A stretch of 64,000 nucleotides of DNA from NCBI RefSeq assembly GCF_009914755.1, contig NC_060940.1; one strand, written 5' to 3'. The stretch comes from the human T2T-CHM13v2.0 reference genome, Homo sapiens. This document shows positions 63,303-64,000 of the stretch, in pieces (positions within the stretch are counted from its first letter, which is position 1; each line of letters begins with the position of its first letter). Both the position numbers and the translations under genes were made by a program. A model generated the notes under the pieces. That model was not told where the DNA came from. It saw only the letters and a program-made list of their open reading frames with translations, and did no database searches.

Positions 63303-64000
63303 AGTCTGCTCTGTTAGCAGCTCCGCAGGATTCATTCACAGGTGCCCCCTCCACAGTTGACTCTTCTCTTTCAGAGGGCTCCTGGCATAGTCTGTCTGAT
63401 TTTTCCTTTATACACAACCCTATAGGGAAGATCCTTGCATATATGTCTTGGCAAATAGATAAGTTCCTGGAAGTAGAATTGCTACATGTGTTTAAAAGTT
63501 TGTTAAGACGGTAACAGGTTTTCTAGAAATGTTTTACTAATTCTTCCACGGACAGTGCTTGAGAACAAGTTTTTTCTACACCTTTGCTAAGGCTGGTAAT
63601 TTTTAAAAATGGTGTTGAAGGCACATGTCTACTTTGAAATCATAACTGTTTGTTTGTTTAAAGGAGACCCTTGAGAAATGAAACCCTAAATTTCAGGAAC
63701 TTCATCTCTTCATCTGTGAAAACACTTTGTCCACACTTATTGTTTTAAAAAGATTTTTTTTTTTGGCCATAAAGTAGTATATGTTTTATTGTTCTGTAAA
63801 GTTTGAAGTGACCAGCCCACCACAGTTAGGTCACTGAGTGTTTCGGTTGCCTGGTTATTCTTTCAGGAATGTTTGAATCGAAATGCTCACAATTTATTCC
63901 CCCAGAAGAGAGAATTTTCAGAAATCTCCTAAGAAAGTCTGATGTCCGTTCATATGATCTGTTTGCTTTGTTAGTAGAGAAAACTACCTTTGGAGACTAG

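Noticed and set aside
63655-63935. Possible replacement terminal exons for the RRN3 copy (acceptor-like sites near 63663 and 63866)
   Set aside because: AG sites with short open frames exist, but nothing in the sequence shows they are used; the real last exon may lie beyond the window.

Overview
This is human (hominoid) segmental-duplication DNA, very Alu-dense, of the 16p LCR16a/NPIP type. The gene order best fits the NPIPB10P-RRN3P2 region of 16p11.2; that assignment is recalled and inferred, not aligned. From left to right: (1) the last five spliced exons of an NPIPB-type gene (+, 1161-7879), forming a 351-codon open frame; (2) PLA2G10 pseudogene exons 3 and 2 (-, 8885-8991 and 12456-12606); (3) an SVA with no target-site duplication (14662-16218), then an Alu jungle holding a U13 snoRNA retrocopy and a truncated L1PA; (4) a duplicated RRN3/TIF-IA gene (+, 30186-59329; exons 1-10 and 13-17); (5) an inverted copy of PLA2G10 intron DNA, PLA2G10 exon 1 with its promoter (-, about 62.5 kb) and a 46-bp VNTR. 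The most interesting observations are four. The RRN3 'pseudogene' keeps a 508-codon uninterrupted spliced frame with an in-frame loss of exons 11-12, an S199L change and no C-terminal regulatory exon. A 1.6-kb TSD-flanked, polyadenylated retrocopy of an unidentified, apparently spliced CpG-island transcript sits in RRN3 intron 3. The NPIPB C-terminus is an exapted, internally triplicated Alu right arm plus its A-tail. The PLA2G10 exons bracket the whole RRN3 copy in antisense with compatible splice phase. There is no prokaryotic or CRISPR-type system here, and almost all ORF-track entries are Alu artefacts.
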